Below, one piece after another: positions 17,037 through 20,000 of a stretch of DNA of 20,000 nucleotides. Position 1 is the first letter of the stretch. Each line of letters opens with the position of its first letter. The translations under genes and the position numbers were made by a program. The notes beneath the pieces were generated by a model. It was not told the origin of the DNA. It did no database searches and worked only from the letters and a program-made list of their open reading frames with translations. The stretch is from Malacoraja senta (lineage: Eukaryota), in contig JAXLNO010000522.1 of the NCBI GenBank assembly GCA_038087875.1, positions 55,030 to 75,029 on the forward strand, in the 5' to 3' direction.

Positions 17037-20000
17037 GTTCCAATGTGACTGTCTTGTTCCAATGTGCATGTGTTGTTGGACTGTGCAGCTGATGGATGGA
17101 GGAGAGAGAACTCAGGTACATGGTGTCAAGACCATAACCCCTTCCTCAATATCAACAAGAAAAAGGATCTAGTTAGCGATTTCAGAATGCATGGTGGAGT
17201 ACATGCCCCAATCAGCATCAATGGTACCAAAGCGGAAATCGATGCAAGCTTCAACTTCCTTGGCGCTAATATGATCAACGATCTGTCGTGGACCGACCAC
17301 GTTGATGCGATGGCAAAGAAGGCACACAATAGTCTGTCTTTCCTGAGGAGATGGAATTTCACCATCTCCAGTGACCCCTGCAAACTTTTACAGATGCATT
17401 ATAGGAAGCATACTCCTGGGTTTCATCACAGCTTGGCTTGAGAACAGCTCTGGCCAAGAATGGATGAAATCGCAACGAGTTGAAGATGCAGCCCAGCCCA
17501 TCACACAGTCCAGACTACCCACCATTGACTCCATCTACACTTCATGCTGCCTTGCGAAGGCAGCCAACATAATCAAAGGCTTATCCCACCCCGGTCATTC
17601 CTTCTTCTCCCTACTCCCATGTTGCAGAAGGCACCGAAGCTTGAAAGAGCGCACCACCAGACTCAGGAACAGCTTCATCCCCTCTGTTATAAGGCTTTGG
17701 AATGATCTTTCCATAAGTCAGGTTACTGTCACCTCCACCCCATTGTAGACATTGGACTTTATGGAACTGATGCATACATATCTGAGACGGTCTCTATTCA
17801 CTTATCCTTTGGTCACATATCAAAACTTCCAATGTCAGTAATTCAGAGAGTCAGTAATTTTCATAACTTCATAAGTTCATAAAATATAGGAGCAGAATTA
17901 GGCCAGTTGACCCATCAAGTCTACTCCGCCGTTCAATCATGGCTGATCTATCTCTCCCTCTTAACCCCATTCTCCTCCCTTCTCCCCATTAACCCTGGCA
18001 CCCATACTAATCAAGAATCTATTTAAATATTTAAAAATATCCATTGACTTGGCCTCCAAACATCCATTGACTTGCCAGCAAACGCCCATCATACATTAAC
18101 ACACCCATTCCTGGGATCATTCTTGTAAACCTTCTCTGGATCCTCTCCAAAGAGTTACGGGGCCCAAAACTGTTCTCAATACTCCAAATGCCATCTGACC
18201 AGTGCCTTATAAAGATGGACACAGAAGGCTGGAGTAAAACCCCTGTCCCACTTAGGAGACCTAAACCGCAACCTCTGGTGACCTTGACCGCCACCCAAAA
18301 AAAATCAAGGTCGAGGTGACCTGCAACCACCTACCACCTGCCACGCATGTGTTGAAAACCTTCCTCGACTATGAAGAAAACCGGCTTCGACTACACCTGC
18401 GACTAAAAAATTATCGATTTTTAAAACGGCAACCTATATTTAGTCGAGGGTACACAAAAAAGCTGGAGAAACTCAGCGGGTGCAGCAGCATCTAAGGAAT
18501 GAAGGAAATAGGCAATGTTTCGGGCCGAAACCCTTCTTCAGACTGATAGGGGGTGGGGAGAAGAAAGGAAAAAAGGCGGAGGAGGAGCCCGAGGGCTGGG
18601 GGAGGGGAGGAGACAACCAGAGGGCTGATGAAGGGGAGGGGACAGCAAGGACTAGCAGAATTGGGAGAATTCAATGTTCAAGCCTTAGGATGTAGACTGC
18701 CCAAGCGGAATATGAGGTGCATTTCCTCCAATTTCCGGTGTTGCTCGCTGCGGCCATGGAGGAGACCCAGGACAGAGAGGTCAGATACGGAATGGGAGGG
18801 GGAGTTGGTTTAGTCGAGGTTGGTTTTAAACATGATGAAAAAATAGCAGCAACCTAGATGAAGCCTCGACCACGTGGAAACCACTTTCGACCATTAGGGA
18901 GAGTGACCTAATGGAAACCTCCGGTGACCTCATGGAAACCTTGGGTGGCGGGCAAGGTCACCAGAGGTTGCTGTTTGGGTCTCCTAAGTGGGACAGGGGC
19001 TTAACTCAGCAGGACAGGCAGCATCCCTGGAGAGTAGGAATGGGTGACATTTTGTGTTGAGCCCCTTCTTCAGACCTTATGAAGCATCCCTGTCTTTTAT
19101 ATTCTAGTCTCTCAAAATAAACGCTAGAATTGTCCATACCTTGGTGATCTCTGCCTGGACGCTGATATTGAGTTCCGATGTGGTTTCTTCCAGATATTCC
19201 ATTTTATCCGCTGGGAAGGTGGTGTCGGGCAGCATCACTGAGCACACACACACTCCGTCACTGTTAACTGTCCCATTGAAGGCCTTGGAAATCTGTAACC
19301 ACATCAACATTGGGTTAATAGCAGAGCAAAGATTCTGGTGATGCACAGTTCCTGAATAATTCCCATTCAGTCACATTAACATCTTAGTTTCAGTTTCAGT
19401 TTAGTTTATTGTCACGTGTCCCGAGGTACAGTATAAATGCTTTTGTTGCATTCTAACCAGTCAGCACTAAGACAATACCTGATTACAATCGATCCATTTA
19501 CACAGTGTACAGATACATGATAAGGGAATAGCGTTTAGTGCAAAGTAAAGCCTGCAAAGTCCGATCAAGGATAATCTGAGGGTCATCAAAGAGGTAGATA
19601 GTAGTTCAGCACTGCTCTCTGGATGTGGTAGGATGATTCAGTTGCCTGATAACAGCTGGGAAGAAACTGTCCCTGAATCTGGAGGTGTGCATTTTCACAC
19701 TTTTGTACCTCTTGCCTGATGGGAGAGGGGAGAAGAGGGAGTGGCCGGGGTGCATCTCGTCCTTGATTATGCTGCTGGCCTTGCCGAGGCAGCGTTGCTG
19801 TTGCTTTTCATTTGTATGACTGACTTGGCAAATGAAATTCCTCGTATGTTGCAAAACATACTTGGCTAATAACGTATTATTGTGACTGTGATTACAGGAG
19901 AAGAAGGGGCCAGTTTGCTTCACATATCGTGTGTAGTCAAGCATTTCCATCCAGGCAGTCTGGTTGTGGTTGCAGTTAGACACAAAATGCTGGAGTAACT
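17037..20000 (+). repeat. Segmental tandem duplication, copy B
   Basis: Colinear with 1-2967. The offset is 17036 at the start and 17033 at the end. Confidence 0.97.
19140..19292 (-). CDS. olfm4: OLFM4-like (right copy), 153-bp CxC-motif exon
   Basis: ttacag|ATT acceptor and AAG|GTATGG donor, phase 0-0. Encodes ISKAFNGTVNSDGVCVCSVMLPDTTFPADKMEYLEETTSELNISVQAEITK, containing the OLFM4 GxCxCSVxLPDTTFP motif. Confidence 0.93.

Overview
Eukaryotic (vertebrate) genomic DNA. The repeat families (CR1/HER1-type LINEs, HE1-type SINEs, Rex1/Babar, Penelope-like) point to a cartilaginous fish, probably a skate or ray (inference). The window spans one full ~17.03-kb period of a recent head-to-tail tandem array of an olfactomedin-4-like gene on the minus strand: bases 1-2967 recur at 17037-20000 at roughly 98-99% identity (hand count). 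The right-hand gene contributes coding exons 19140-19292, 16148-16357, 15199-15346 and 12821-13629. The left-hand gene contributes a TATA promoter, a non-coding first exon (~5400-5464), a signal-peptide exon (CDS 3207-3266) and a 153-bp exon (2107-2259). Together they reconstruct a 459-aa secreted protein. The rest is densely nested transposon debris. The most striking non-coding signal is a ~135-160-nt retroposon present twice (6792-6927, 13904-14063). It has target-site duplications and an (AAG)n tail, and its first 54 nt fold into a complete, minimal HDV/CPEB3-like self-cleaving ribozyme with the cleavage site at the element's 5' edge. Penelope-like fragments also carry minimal hammerhead ribozyme cores.
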